A DNA stretch of 30,878 nt from Gemmatales bacterium. GTDB taxonomy: Bacteria; Planctomycetota; Planctomycetia; Gemmatales; HRBIN36. The translations under genes and the position numbers were made by a program. The stretch spans positions 1-30,878 of the forward strand of contig JBEPZY010000012.1 in the NCBI GenBank assembly GCA_041640595.1, read 5' to 3'. The notes under the pieces are model-generated. The model saw nothing but the letters and a program-made list of their open reading frames with translations. It ran no database searches and was not told the DNA's origin. Below, piece after piece: positions 1 through 9,833 of this stretch. Position 1 is the stretch's first letter. Each line of letters begins with the position of its first letter.

Positions 1-1
1 T

Positions 2-942
2 CTCACCAACGTCAACGGCACGCTGTTTTTCGTCGCCAACCATGGCACCAACGGCTACGAACTCTGGAAGAGTGATGGCACGTCCAGCGGCACCGTGCTG
101 GTTCGCGACATCCGGCTGGGCGCGTATAGCTCCAATCCTTCCCAGCTGACCAACGTCAACGGCACGCTGTTTTTCCAGGCCAACGATGGCACCAACGGCT
201 ACGAACTCTGGAAAAGCGATGGCACGTCCAGCGGCACCGTGCTGGTCAAGGACATCCGGCCGGGCACGGATAGCTCGAATCCTTCCTATCTGACCAACGT
301 CAACGGCACGCTGTTTTTCCGGGCCACCGACGGCGCGACTGGCTACGAACTCTGGAAGAGCGATGGCACGTCCAGCGGCACCGTGCTGGTCAAGGACATC
401 GATCCCGTGCTTGGCTCCCATCCTCGCTATCTCACCAACGTCAACGGCACGCTGTTTTTCCGGGCCACCGACGGCGCGACTGGCTACGAACTCTGGAAGA
501 GTAATGGCACCTCCACCGGCACCGTGCTGGTCAAGGACATCCGGCCGGGCCTGTATGGCTCCTATCCTCGCTATCTCACCAACGTCAACGGCACGCTGTT
601 TTTCAGAGCCACGAATGACTTTTACACCACCGACTTCGAACTCTGGAAGAGCGATGGCACGTCCACCGGCACCGTGCTGGTCAAGGACATCCGGCCGGGC
701 ACGGATAGCTCGAATCCTTCCCAGCTGACCAACGTCAACGGCACGCTGTTTTTCCAGGCCAGGGATTTCCCGACTGGTTACGAGCTCTGGAAGAGCGATG
801 GCACGTCCACCGGCACCGTGCTGGTCGCGGACATCCGGCTGGGCTCGGCTGGCTCCGGTCCTTCCGGTCTCACCAACGTCAACGGCACGCTGTTTTTCGT
901 AGCCAACGATGGCGCGAATGGTGTCGAACTGTGGGCCACTGA
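2..942 (+). repeat. Intragenic tandem repeat, ~144-bp unit, about 7 copies
   Basis: CT(C/G)ACCAACGTCAACGGCACGCTGTTTTTC recurs at 2, 146, 290, 431, 575, 725 and 869 (periods 141-150 bp). Confidence 0.95.
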
Positions 943-1663
943 CGAATTAGCTCCGACGGTTGTGCAAGTCACGCCGCCGGCCAATGGAACTTACAGGTCC
1001 GGCCAGGTGCTGGATGTGCTGGTCAGGTTCAGTGAGCCGGTCATCGTTGGTACGACGCCCAGTGCCAAGCCGTATGTGCGGCTGCGAATCGGCTCAGTCA
1101 TCCGCAACGCCCTGTTCCACAGCCAGCCTAATGCTGTGACCCTGCGTTTCCGTTACACCGTGCAAACGGGCGACCTGGACACCAACGGCATCGAAATCCT
1201 TTCCCCGGTCATCCGTCCCCCGGGCACGTTCATCCGCGACGCCAATGGGAACAATGCCAGCACGACCTTCACCAATCCGAGCACGCCGAACGTGAAAGTG
1301 GATGCGGTGGCCCCGACGATTGTGCTGGTAACACCGCCGGCCAACGGGCGTTACGTAACCGGCCAGGTGTTGGACATCCTGGTGCGATTCAGCGAACCGG
1401 TCAACGTCGGTACCACCAGCACCGCCAAACCGTATATCCGGCTGCGTATCGGCAGTGTGATCCGCAATGCCGTTTTCCACAGCAAACCGAACGCTGCCAC
1501 GCTGCGGTTCCGCTATGTGATTCAGTCCTCCGACCGCGACACGAACATAGAGATACTCTCGCCAATTATGCGGCCAGCGGGTACGTTCATCCGCGACCTG
1601 GCCGGCAACGACGCGATCGTGAGCTTCGCCCCGCCGAGCACGTCCGGCGTTCTAGTGAACTAG
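2..1663 (+). CDS. ELWxxDGT-repeat surface protein with two C-terminal Ig-like (Big-type) domains; 5' end lies outside the window
   Basis: The frame is open from base 2. Seven ~48-aa repeats LTNVNGTLFF...GYELWKSDGT..GTVLV are followed by two ~120-aa copies of APTxVxVTPPANGxYxxGQVLDxLVRFSEPV...LRFRY...DxDTN. Confidence 0.9.
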   Translation, partial: LTNVNGTLFFVANHGTNGYELWKSDGTSSGTVLVRDIRLGAYSSNPSQLTNVNGTLFFQANDGTNGYELWKSDGTSSGTVLVKDIRPGTDSSNPSYLTNVNGTLFFRATDGATGYELWKSDGTSSGTVLVKDIDPVLGSHPRYLTNVNGTLFFRATDGATGYELWKSNGTSTGTVLVKDIRPGLYGSYPRYLTNVNGTLFFRATNDFYTTDFELWKSDGTSTGTVLVKDIRPGTDSSNPSQLTNVNGTLFFQARDFPTGYELWKSDGTSTGTVLVADIRLGSAGSGPSGLTNVNGTLFFVANDGANGVELWATDELAPTVVQVTPPANGTYRSGQVLDVLVRFSEPVIVGTTPSAKPYVRLRIGSVIRNALFHSQPNAVTLRFRYTVQTGDLDTNGIEILSPVIRPPGTFIRDANGNNASTTFTNPSTPNVKVDAVAPTIVLVTPPANGRYVTGQVLDILVRFSEPVNVGTTSTAKPYIRLRIGSVIRNAVFHSKPNAATLRFRYVIQSSDRDTNIEILSPIMRPAGTFIRDLAGNDAIVSFAPPSTSGVLVN

Positions 1664-2244
1664 CAAAGGGATCGCCAAGCGAGAGGTTCTGCGTGCGCGC
1701 TCTGAACTTATCCCCGGTTTTCGCGGAGGCTACGCTGGATGTAACGCCTTGGGATGATGCTGGTTATGTCGGATAGTCCTGTCTTTCTGGGGCACTTGGA
1801 GCATGTAAGACCCGCCTGAGCTCCTTCAGGTTTTGGAAAAGAGCCACCGACCACAGGCACAAAGTGGGCTGCAGCCGAACGCCGCAACGGCGTGAGCGCC
1901 CGGTGCACGAAGCTGAAAAAACAGGACTTTTGGTAAGCCATTGTCGGGACCTGTGTTGCGAAGTCGCCCACCACTGCCAAAACTGGGGATAAGTCAGGGT
2001 CATCGTAGCTGGCTGCTCTGTTCTCAAAAACCTCGGCGTCAGGAAAGCCGGTCCGGCACAAAATTTTTCGCCGGTGGTCTGGACTTTTTGGGGTCTTTCG
2101 ACTAGACCATGAAAGGGACACGGGGCACCTGGGCACGTCGGTGCACCGCAGCGTCCGAATCTACGAGAGGGAGTGCGACGCGGAGACGCCTGGCCGATGG
2201 GGCCGGGATTTTCCGCTCGCCTACTAGGAAAGGGTCCAACGCAC

Positions 2245-2556
2245 ATGACTCACGTCGTCTGCGCGCCTTGCTGGGATTGCAAATATACCGATTGCGTTGT
2301 CGTCTGCCCGGTGGAGTGCTTCTGGCAGGACGAGATGATGCTCTACATTGACCCGGTGGATTGCATTGACTGCGAGGCCTGCGTGCCGGAATGCCCCGTG
2401 CAGGCGATCTATGCCGAAGCCAACGTTCCCAGTGAATGGCAGGAGTACATTCAGCGTAACGCCGAACGTTCCGCCGCGCTCAAGGCTGCCAACGAAGGGC
2501 ACATCACGCAGAAGCAGGACCCCAAAGAAGGCCCCGAATGCAAGAAAAAGGCCTGA
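2245..2556 (+). CDS. fdxA: 7Fe (3Fe-4S/4Fe-4S) ferredoxin, FdxA family
   Basis: MTHVVCAPCWDCKYTDCVVVCPVECF...YIDPVDCIDCEACVPECPVQAIY is the classic FdxA cysteine pattern. ATG 2245 follows AGGAAAGGG. Confidence 0.9.
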   Translation: MTHVVCAPCWDCKYTDCVVVCPVECFWQDEMMLYIDPVDCIDCEACVPECPVQAIYAEANVPSEWQEYIQRNAERSAALKAANEGHITQKQDPKEGPECKKKA

Positions 2557-2655
2557 CCGGCCGAAAACTCGGCGAGCCGGTCATCCGAAGATGGGCAAGC
2601 AAGTCGGCGGCGTGAAAATCAGGCCAGCCGTCAGCAGCTTGCCGAATCGTGGTCG

Positions 2656-3729
2656 TCAGCGCACGCGCTGGACAACGAGCTGATTCTGACAGGGTGGCCC
2701 GAAATTCACCCACAATTCCTCGCGCTCGGCAATCGCCAGCACGAACGCCGACGTGCAGGTCTGCGATGGCTGTCCGTGTTGACACAGGGATTCACCGGCC
2801 AGCGGTTCGTGGTCGGCAAAACACTGGCGGATTTGCTCCGGTTCAGCCGGGCTCGCCAGCTGTTGCAATCGCGCTGCCAGTCGCTGTTGCCGGGCCTCGG
2901 AAGCAGCACGGTTCGGCCAGCCGTCCTGCGATTGCAGGGTTTCCGCCTGATAATGATTGGCGAAGACCAGAATGCGTTGTTCCCTGGTCGGCAAATGTTC
3001 AGCCCGGCTTTGCGGGCCAATTTCCAGCAGCACCGTATGCCCCGAGGCATCGCTCAAAGCCAGTCCCAGTCCGGAGGCTACCGGGGACGTTCGGGCCAAC
3101 TGCACCGCCGCGTCGAAATGCGTGATATGCACCAGGTCGCAACAGATCGCACCACTGGGCAGACGCGGTTCCGCATCCCGATAAGCGCGATCCACCCAGA
3201 CAAAGGCCAGCCCGGCCTCGTTGATCCCGGCGATGGGAAGTCCGCCTGCTGCCGCCAGAGCCAAAGCGCCCGGCCCATCTTCCGGTTCGCGGTAGAAAAT
3301 ATGCAGATGCCGACCCAGCGAGTTCGGGGTGTCCCAGTTCATCGCCAGCCAGCTGCCACAAGGTACCACAGGCTCGCACAAGATGGCCGCAGTGCACCCG
3401 CCGACACTGGCTGCGACAGGAACGCTCGCATGAACCACTTCCGCCCAGTCGTGCCAGGCCGTGAGCAGGATTAATTCTTCGGGACTTACCTGAGCCGCTT
3501 TGGCCAGCGCCTGCCATTCTTCCCAGGCGGTGCCGCCGTGTCGCTTGAAATCCGCCACCATGCGATGGGCCAATCGCAAGTAACGCAGTTCGTGGCCATT
3601 GCCCGCATACCTTCGCCACCACGCCCAGGCCGACCGCAAACGCTCGTGAATCTCGCCTTTGAGCAGGTGACCGTGCTGCCTTCCCATTTCCTCGGGACTT
3701 CCTCGCAAACGCAACACTCTCGGCATCAT
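2656..3729 (-). CDS. C45 family autoproteolytic peptidase/acyltransferase (Ntn hydrolase)
   Basis: LRLRGSPEEMGRQHG N-terminus, GG|CTA nucleophile site, AMNWD, GINEAGL and ANHY motifs. Start moved to ATG 3729 after GGAGGG because the upstream extension is a 33-bp tandem repeat. Confidence 0.8.
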   Translation of the reverse strand: MMPRVLRLRGSPEEMGRQHGHLLKGEIHERLRSAWAWWRRYAGNGHELRYLRLAHRMVADFKRHGGTAWEEWQALAKAAQVSPEELILLTAWHDWAEVVHASVPVAASVGGCTAAILCEPVVPCGSWLAMNWDTPNSLGRHLHIFYREPEDGPGALALAAAGGLPIAGINEAGLAFVWVDRAYRDAEPRLPSGAICCDLVHITHFDAAVQLARTSPVASGLGLALSDASGHTVLLEIGPQSRAEHLPTREQRILVFANHYQAETLQSQDGWPNRAASEARQQRLAARLQQLASPAEPEQIRQCFADHEPLAGESLCQHGQPSQTCTSAFVLAIAEREELWVNFGPPCQNQLVVQRVR

Positions 3730-3763
3730 GCACGTTCCCTCCTTGCCGCTACGGTGGTTGCTC

Positions 3764-3848
3764 GCAGCGTGTTCCATCCATTGCGATGGTTCCACGGCAG
3801 CGTGTTTCATCCGTTGAGACGGTTCGACGGCAGCGTGTTCCATCCATT
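3764..3848. repeat. 33-bp tandem repeat, ~2.6 copies
   Basis: GCAGCGTGTT(C/T)CATCC at 3764, 3797 and 3830. Confidence 0.85.
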
Positions 3849-3884
3849 ATTCTGAACACACACGGTCGCTTCCACAAGCCCCCC

Positions 3885-3996
3885 TGCTCAACATTTGCAC
3901 ACAACGCCATGCCGCGAACATCCCGTGGGTCACAATGACCACCAACAGTTCGTTGAGTGTGCTCAACGTTTGCACACAACGCCATGCCGCGAACAT
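3885..3996. repeat. 37-bp direct repeat pair separated by a 38-bp unique spacer
   Basis: TGCTCAAC(A/G)TTTGCACACAACGCCATGCCGCGAACAT at 3885 and 3960, one mismatch. Confidence 0.85.
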
Positions 3997-4030
3997 TCGC
4001 TGCATCGCCCTTGCCGGTGCCATTTTCGAA

Positions 4031-4741
4031 CCACGGCGGGCTGACGCCCGCCGCTCCTGATCGGATGTGCGTATGTGCATCGCAAAAATCGTTTTTTCGT
4101 CGGCAGACGTTCGCACCGCGAAACAAGAGCGGGGGGCGTTAGCCCCCCGTGGTTTCACAAACGCGCTTACAACTGCGTTTCCGGCACATTACGGACATAG
4201 TTCGTATTACCCAGCCACGGCGGGCTGACGCCCGCCGCTCTTGTAAACGTCCGTTCGTCGGTCGCGGAACGATGCTCGATTTTGCGGTGCAGCGTCGGTA
4301 TCACGAACCACGGCGGGCTGACGCCCGCCGCTCCTGTAAACGTGCGTTCGTCGGTCGCGGAACGATGCTCGATTTTGCGGTGCAGCGTCGGTATCACGAA
4401 CCACGGCGGGCTGACGCCCGCCGCTCTTGATCGGATGTGCGTATGTGCATCGCAAAAATCGTTTTTTCGTCGGCAGACGTTCGAACTGCAACACAAGAGC
4501 GGGGGGCGTAAGCCCCCCCCGTGGTAACTATTACCGCGAATGCAACGGCGACCCGCACATACACCGTCGCCGGTTCGGCGAACAATCGCGCTTGTATCTG
4601 CGCAAACGTGTTTCCCACGTCCACGGCGGGCTGACGAACGGCGCTCCTGTAAACGTGCGTTCGTCGGTCGCGGAACGATGCTCGATTTTGCGGTGCAGCG
4701 TCGGTATCACGAACCACGGCGGGCTCACGCCCGCCGCTCTT
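4031..4741. repeat. REP/REPIN-like palindrome array 1 (~8 hairpins)
   Basis: CCACGGCGGGCT(G/C)ACGCCCGCCGCTC at 4031, 4215, 4308, 4401, 4621 (variant) and 4714. Inverted G-run variants lie near 4127 and 4497. Includes 93-bp tandem units. Confidence 0.9.
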
Positions 4742-4966
4742 GTGAATGTGCGCTTGGGCATCGGCGTCCAACCGTAACTGTGCCGGGTGTGGCACTGTCT
4801 TGCGGCTAAGGTCTGCGCCGCAGGGTTTGCTATGAAGCTTACCTGGCGCTGGGTTACGTGTATCGAGCGCAATACCGACTGCGATGCAGGGTTTGGTGTG
4901 AAGTTTCCCGAAATTGTTCGTAGGTGCGGAATCGTTTTGCGGGAGGGGGGGACTGCGACCGGGTGG

Positions 4967-5067
4967 GATGGTTGCTATAACCAATCGTAGAAGCGATAGA
5001 TAGAACGTGCGTTGATCGAGTACGTTGCTGACCAGATGGTTGCTATAACCAATCGTAGAAGCGATAG
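4967..5067. repeat. Perfect 33-bp direct repeat pair separated by a 35-bp unique spacer
   Basis: GATGGTTGCTATAACCAATCGTAGAAGCGATAG at 4967 and 5035. Confidence 0.9.
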
Positions 5068-5185
5068 CCGCGGAACTGGAACGGTCTCCCGCGAGAAGCG
5101 CATGCCGTAACTTCGGGCAGTGAATGCCGTAACTTCCGCCCGACCGATGAGTGTGTTCGCTTTCATTCCCAGGTGGAGATAACCC

Positions 5186-7270
5186 ATGAAGAAGCTGCAA
5201 GCTGTCGCGGTGGTGGCGGTGCTGGCGTGGTGGGCAGCTGCTGCAAAAACAGCTTGGGCCGAACTGGTCGAATTGACTATCCACCGCCGTGAACCGTTCG
5301 CTCAGGGGCAGTCCTTCGGAAACACTGGACCGTACGTCAAACTGGTGGGCACAGCCAGGTTCGCGCTGGATCCGCAACACGCCGGCAACCGGCCCATTGT
5401 GGATCTCGATCTGGCTCCGCGACGTGCTGACGGGAAAGTCGAGTTTAGTGCCGACGTTTATATCCTGGCCCCGGCCGATCTGCGCAAGAGCAACGGCACG
5501 ATCCTTTACGATGTCAACAACCGCGGCAACAAGCTGGCGATGCGTTTTTTCAACGATGCTTCCAGCGGAAACGATCCGACCACGGCCGAGGATGCGGGAA
5601 ACGGTTTTTTGATGCGGCGGGGCTACATTTTGGTCTGGAGTGGCTGGATCGGCGAGCTGTTGCCCGGGGAAGGACGGTTACTGCTGGCCGCTCCGCCCGT
5701 GCTGGAAAATGGCCGACCGGTGCGTGGCGTGGCGCGGTTTGAAATGAGCACCGACAAGCCGGCCGAATGGTTACCGTTGTCGCGTCGGCCTGGGCATGGC
5801 AGTTATCCTCCGACCGACGCGGGCCTGGAAAAAGCGGTGCTCACCTGGCGCATGCGCGAGACCGACCCACGGGTGGTCATTCCGCGATCGCAGTGGCGTG
5901 TGGAAATTCACCCACCGCAGGCGCCCCAGACAGGCGCGCCGGGCACTTTGCCGCAGGTCCGTCTCTATGTGGCGGGAGGATTTCGGCCAGGCTACCTGTA
6001 CGAACTGATCACCGAGGTCGAAGGGGCTTTCGTTCAGGGCGTCGGTTTTGCCGGCGTGCGCGACCTGGTTTCGTTTTTACGCTACGATACCAGCGAGAAA
6101 AATCCGTTGCGGCTGGAGACCGGCCCGGCAGTGCGGTATGCCTATGCCTTTGGCGTGTCGCAGTCGGGACGGTTTTTGCGGCACTTTCTCTACCTCGGCT
6201 TCAATGCCGACGAACAGGGTCGGCGTGTTTTCGATGCCGTCTGGCCTCACGTCGCTGGCGGTGGTCTTGGCTTTTTCAATCACCGTTTCGCTCAGCCGAC
6301 CCGTCATAACGGTCAGCACGAAGACCATGCTTATCCCGCCGACATGTTCCCGTTCACTTACGGCGAAAGTTACGACCCGTACCAACAACGTCGGGATGGT
6401 ATTCTGGAACGGTTGCGTCGGGAGCATCCCCAGGCGGTGCCCAAAATCTTCCACACCCAGACTTCGGCGGAATACTGGCATCGTTCCGGTTCCCTGGTGC
6501 ACACCGATCCTCTGGGCAAAAGCGATGCGGTGATTCCGCCCAACGTGCGCATCTATGCTTTTGCAGGAACGCAACACGGTCCCGGCAACGGCAGGCTTCC
6601 CCAAACGACGACACAGTTACCGACAGACCTGCCCGCCAATCCTGCTGATTACCGCCCCCTGCTGCGAGCCCTGCTGGACGCGCTCGACGCCTGGGTCAAA
6701 ACCGAGCAAGAACCCCCCGCCAGCGTCTATCCGCTCATCCGCGAAGGAACACTGGTGCTACCGGATCAGAAAAGCACGGGATTCCCTGCATTGCCCGGCG
6801 TGCGCTATCCGGAAGTGATCCAGCGGCCGCAACTGTTTGATTACGGCCCGGACTTTGCCAGGCATGGCCGAATTACGCAGGAACCACCGTGTCCCCTGGC
6901 AGCGTACACGGTGCTGGTACCGAAATGCGACGCCGACGGTAATGAGCTCGGTATGATTCGCCTGCCGGATATTGCCGTGCCGCTGGCGACGTACACGGGC
7001 TGGAATCTGCGGCATCGCTCGATCGGAGCCGAGGCAATGCTCGCCAATCTGCTGGGTGCCTGCATTCCCCTGGCAAAGACCGCCAACGACCGGCAGAAGC
7101 TCGGCGATCCTCGCCGCGCTATCCTGGAGCGTTACCGCAACTTCGACGACTACCGCGAACAGTACCGCCGGGCCTGCGATGTTTTGGTGCAGCAGCGGTT
7201 CCTCCTGGACGAGGATCGCCAGCGATTGCTCGAAAAACTCAAGGAGCGGCAGGACTGGTTTCGACCATGA
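5186..7270 (+). CDS. Secreted alpha/beta hydrolase domain-containing protein
   Basis: N-terminal signal peptide, YDVNNRGNK, a GVSQSGRFLR nucleophile-elbow-like motif, EYW and DADGNELGMIRLP. GGAG RBS. Confidence 0.75.
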   Translation: MKKLQAVAVVAVLAWWAAAAKTAWAELVELTIHRREPFAQGQSFGNTGPYVKLVGTARFALDPQHAGNRPIVDLDLAPRRADGKVEFSADVYILAPADLRKSNGTILYDVNNRGNKLAMRFFNDASSGNDPTTAEDAGNGFLMRRGYILVWSGWIGELLPGEGRLLLAAPPVLENGRPVRGVARFEMSTDKPAEWLPLSRRPGHGSYPPTDAGLEKAVLTWRMRETDPRVVIPRSQWRVEIHPPQAPQTGAPGTLPQVRLYVAGGFRPGYLYELITEVEGAFVQGVGFAGVRDLVSFLRYDTSEKNPLRLETGPAVRYAYAFGVSQSGRFLRHFLYLGFNADEQGRRVFDAVWPHVAGGGLGFFNHRFAQPTRHNGQHEDHAYPADMFPFTYGESYDPYQQRRDGILERLRREHPQAVPKIFHTQTSAEYWHRSGSLVHTDPLGKSDAVIPPNVRIYAFAGTQHGPGNGRLPQTTTQLPTDLPANPADYRPLLRALLDALDAWVKTEQEPPASVYPLIREGTLVLPDQKSTGFPALPGVRYPEVIQRPQLFDYGPDFARHGRITQEPPCPLAAYTVLVPKCDADGNELGMIRLPDIAVPLATYTGWNLRHRSIGAEAMLANLLGACIPLAKTANDRQKLGDPRRAILERYRNFDDYREQYRRACDVLVQQRFLLDEDRQRLLEKLKERQDWFRP

Positions 7271-7935
7271 ACAACCTTCCTGAGCGGGTGCGGGTGAAAA
7301 TCTGCGGTGTGCGAACGGTGGAAGAAGCCCATGCGGTGGCCCATGCCGGTGCCGACGCTATTGGCATCAATTTCTACCCGCCATCTCCGCGTTACCTGCC
7401 GCCCGCAGAGGCCGGGAAACTGCTCGCGGCACTGCCGGCGTTTGTGGATGCAGTCGCGGTGGTGGTTCGACCCGAGCCGGACTTTTTGCGTTACCTGATC
7501 GAAGAAGTTGGCTTTCGCACGCTTCAGCTGCATGACGGCGAACCGCTCGCGGATTATCCGGGCGTTCGTTACATTCTGGCGGCAGGCATTGCGGACACCA
7601 GCGATTTGCTTGCCGTGGAAGAACGACTCACCCGCTGGCTGGAACGTGGCGCGTCGGTGGCGGCTGTGTTACTCGATGCCCGTGTGCCCGGGAAATACGG
7701 CGGTACCGGAGCAACGCCTCCCTGGTCTATCGTCGCCCAGTTCTCTCGACGCCGACCGCTCATCCTCGCCGGCGGGCTCAAATCCGAGAATGTCGCCGCG
7801 GCGATTGCTCAAGTGCGGCCCTTTGCGGTAGATGTTGCCAGCGGTGTCGAGACTGCTCCCGGCATCAAAGATTTGGCGAAGGTTCGCGCTTTTCTCCAGG
7901 CAGTCCGCGACGCTTCCGCATCCGAATTGCGTTAG
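7267..7935 (+). CDS. trpF: Phosphoribosylanthranilate isomerase
   Basis: VKICGV, GADAIGINFYPPSPRY, LLDA..PG.YGGTG, LILAGGL..ENV and DVASGVE. ATGA overlap with the upstream gene. Confidence 0.95.
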   Translation: MNNLPERVRVKICGVRTVEEAHAVAHAGADAIGINFYPPSPRYLPPAEAGKLLAALPAFVDAVAVVVRPEPDFLRYLIEEVGFRTLQLHDGEPLADYPGVRYILAAGIADTSDLLAVEERLTRWLERGASVAAVLLDARVPGKYGGTGATPPWSIVAQFSRRRPLILAGGLKSENVAAAIAQVRPFAVDVASGVETAPGIKDLAKVRAFLQAVRDASASELR

Positions 7936-8288
7936 CTCCCGTTCCTCCGCCTGGGTTAGCTTGCGTAGAAGAAGGGCGCTGCTATTCCGAATCCGAAGTG
8001 CGTTAGCTTCTTGCGGCAGTTCCCGAACGGAGCACTGGGCTGCACCGACCCTTCCACATCCGAAGTGCGTTAGCTCCCGTTCCTCCGCCTGGGTTAGCTT
8101 GCGTAGAAGAAGGGCGCTGCTATTCCGCATCCGAATTGCGTTAGCTCCTTGCGGCAGTTCCCGAACGGAGTACTGGGCCGCACCGACGCTTCCGCATCCG
8201 AATTGCGTTAGCTCCCGTTCGTCCGCCTGGGTTAGCTTGCCTAGAAGAAGGGCGCTGCTATTCCGAATCCGAATTGTGTTAGCTCCCG
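7914..8288. repeat. 138-bp tandem repeat built from a ~27-bp repeat (trpF 3' end) and two alternating spacers
   Basis: TTCC(G/A)(C/A)ATCCGAA(T/G)TG(C/T)GTTAGCT at 7914, 7985, 8052, 8123, 8190 and 8261 (spacing 71/67/71/67/71). Confidence 0.9.
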
Positions 8289-8360
8289 TTCTTGCGCCTC
8301 CGCCAATCACTATGCGCGAAACGAGAATGACCCACCGCCACCCCGGAACCACCAACGCCG

Positions 8361-8413
8361 AATTCAGAATTACCAACCGCCAATCGCCAATCACGAATCG
8401 CAAATCACGAATC
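8361..8413. repeat. Degenerate heptamer simple repeat (AATC(A/G)CN)n
   Basis: ...CAATCGCCAATCACGAATCGCAAATCACGAATC. Confidence 0.6.
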
Positions 8414-9087
8414 AAGAGCGGCGGGCGTGAGCCCGCCGTGCGCGTTAGGGAAACGTACTTGCAGGAACGCCGCCGTACAATCGCGGGAGACTGCCGGTAC
8501 TATGCTCACGATCGCCGGTGCATTCGCGTCCAGGGATAACACGGGGGCTTACGCCCCCACTCTTGTCTTGCGGTGCGCACGTCTGCCGGCGAAAAAACGA
8601 TTTTTGCGATGCACATACGCACGTTCACAAGAGCGGCGGGCGTCAGCCCGCCGTGCGCGTTAGGGAAACGTACTTGCAGGAACGCCGCCGTACAATTGTG
8701 GAAGACTGCCGGCACTATGCTCACGATCGCCGGTGCATTCGCGTCCAGGGATAACACGGGGGGCTAACGCCCCCCGCTCTTGTTTCGCAGTGCGCACGTC
8801 TGCCGAAGAAAAGCGATTTTTGCGATGCACGAACGCACATCCGGTCAGGAGCGGCGGGCGTCAGCCCGCCGTGGTAGGGTAACGCAATTGCAACGGTGTT
8901 CGCGCACAGACCACCGACCGGTCGCCTTCGCGCCACCATTGCGGTGTTGCTGCTGCAAGCGCGTTTCCGAAACCACGGCTAGCTTACGCCAGCCGCTCCT
9001 GGTTGCACCGACGCAAGTCGTCGCGGATGCGCGTTTTGTCCAGCACGAACGCACGTTTGCAAGAGCGGCGGGGGGCAGCATGCCGTG
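8413..9087. repeat. REP/REPIN-like palindrome array 2
   Basis: GAGCGGCGGGCGT(G/C)AGCCCGCCGTG hairpins and inverted G-run partners. A ~215-bp unit is duplicated at 8413 and 8628. Confidence 0.9.
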
Positions 9088-9833
9088 GCTGGGAGTAACA
9101 AAAGACTGGAGCCGAGCGTGGATCGGCGGTGTACATGGCGTGTGTTGCATGGCGTGTGTGCGGGAAACGCTGCGAATCGTGTGGGTACTGTGCATCTGCA
9201 AGCGGCATTCATTCACAAGCGGCATGCATCAGCGCGCAAGGATGGCATGGCGGGTGGCCGCGAAATGGTGCGACCTGGTTCGACGGATAGCGGGCAAGTG
9301 ATAAGATTTTCAGCAGCGGTGCTTGTTCACGGAAAGCTCGGCGGCTGTCCGACATGGTCGCCGGATGGCCGAAGAGGACGCCGTCGGACGAAAATTTCGG
9401 GCGGATGGCCAGGGGGTCGGCTTTCCGTCAGGCACCATGGTGCCGTGTCTGCCGACGACATTCGCGGCCGGATGGCTGGCGGTCGGCTTTCCATCCGGCA
9501 TCATGCTGTCGAGGCTTCGGGCGACATCTTTGGGCAAACGATCTGGCGCGACAATCAGGCCTTTTTTGCAGTGGGACATCGGCTTCGGGCGACACTTTTG
9601 TACGGATGATCTGCTTCCTGCGGCGGGTGGCGCGAGCCGATGCGGTGAGGAACTCGCATCAGACGACTCCAGCAGGGAAACCCACTGTGCCGGGTCGGGA
9701 GTGCGAGGGGAAGAAAAGTGAGGGTGTCGCCTGCTGTCGCTAAGTCCGGGGACAATCGCCCGCCTGGTGTGTGGGTAAACAAAGTGAGGAATTCGCCCCA
9801 GGAAATTTCAGCAGCGAAACCGAGGTGCGGAAC

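Noticed and set aside
1664..2244. Short ORFs or an ncRNA between the ELWxxDGT gene and the ferredoxin
   Set aside because: No recognisable protein or RNA motif. Only a weak TGGACT-17-TAGACC promoter-like match (2080-2108), which is insufficient to call.
3749..5380. Many ORFs with AAGVSPPW / HGGLTPAA motifs (also at 8.4-9.3, 15.0-16.2, 23.3-24.4 and 29.7-30.9 kb)
   Set aside because: These are translations of the REP palindromes in several frames and on both strands. Conservation follows base pairing, not codons.
7669..8539. 235-248-aa repeat ORFs on both strands, and a bona fide CRISPR array call
   Set aside because: The ORFs arise from the 138-bp tandem repeat. The spacers recur, the repeat overlaps trpF and no cas genes are present.
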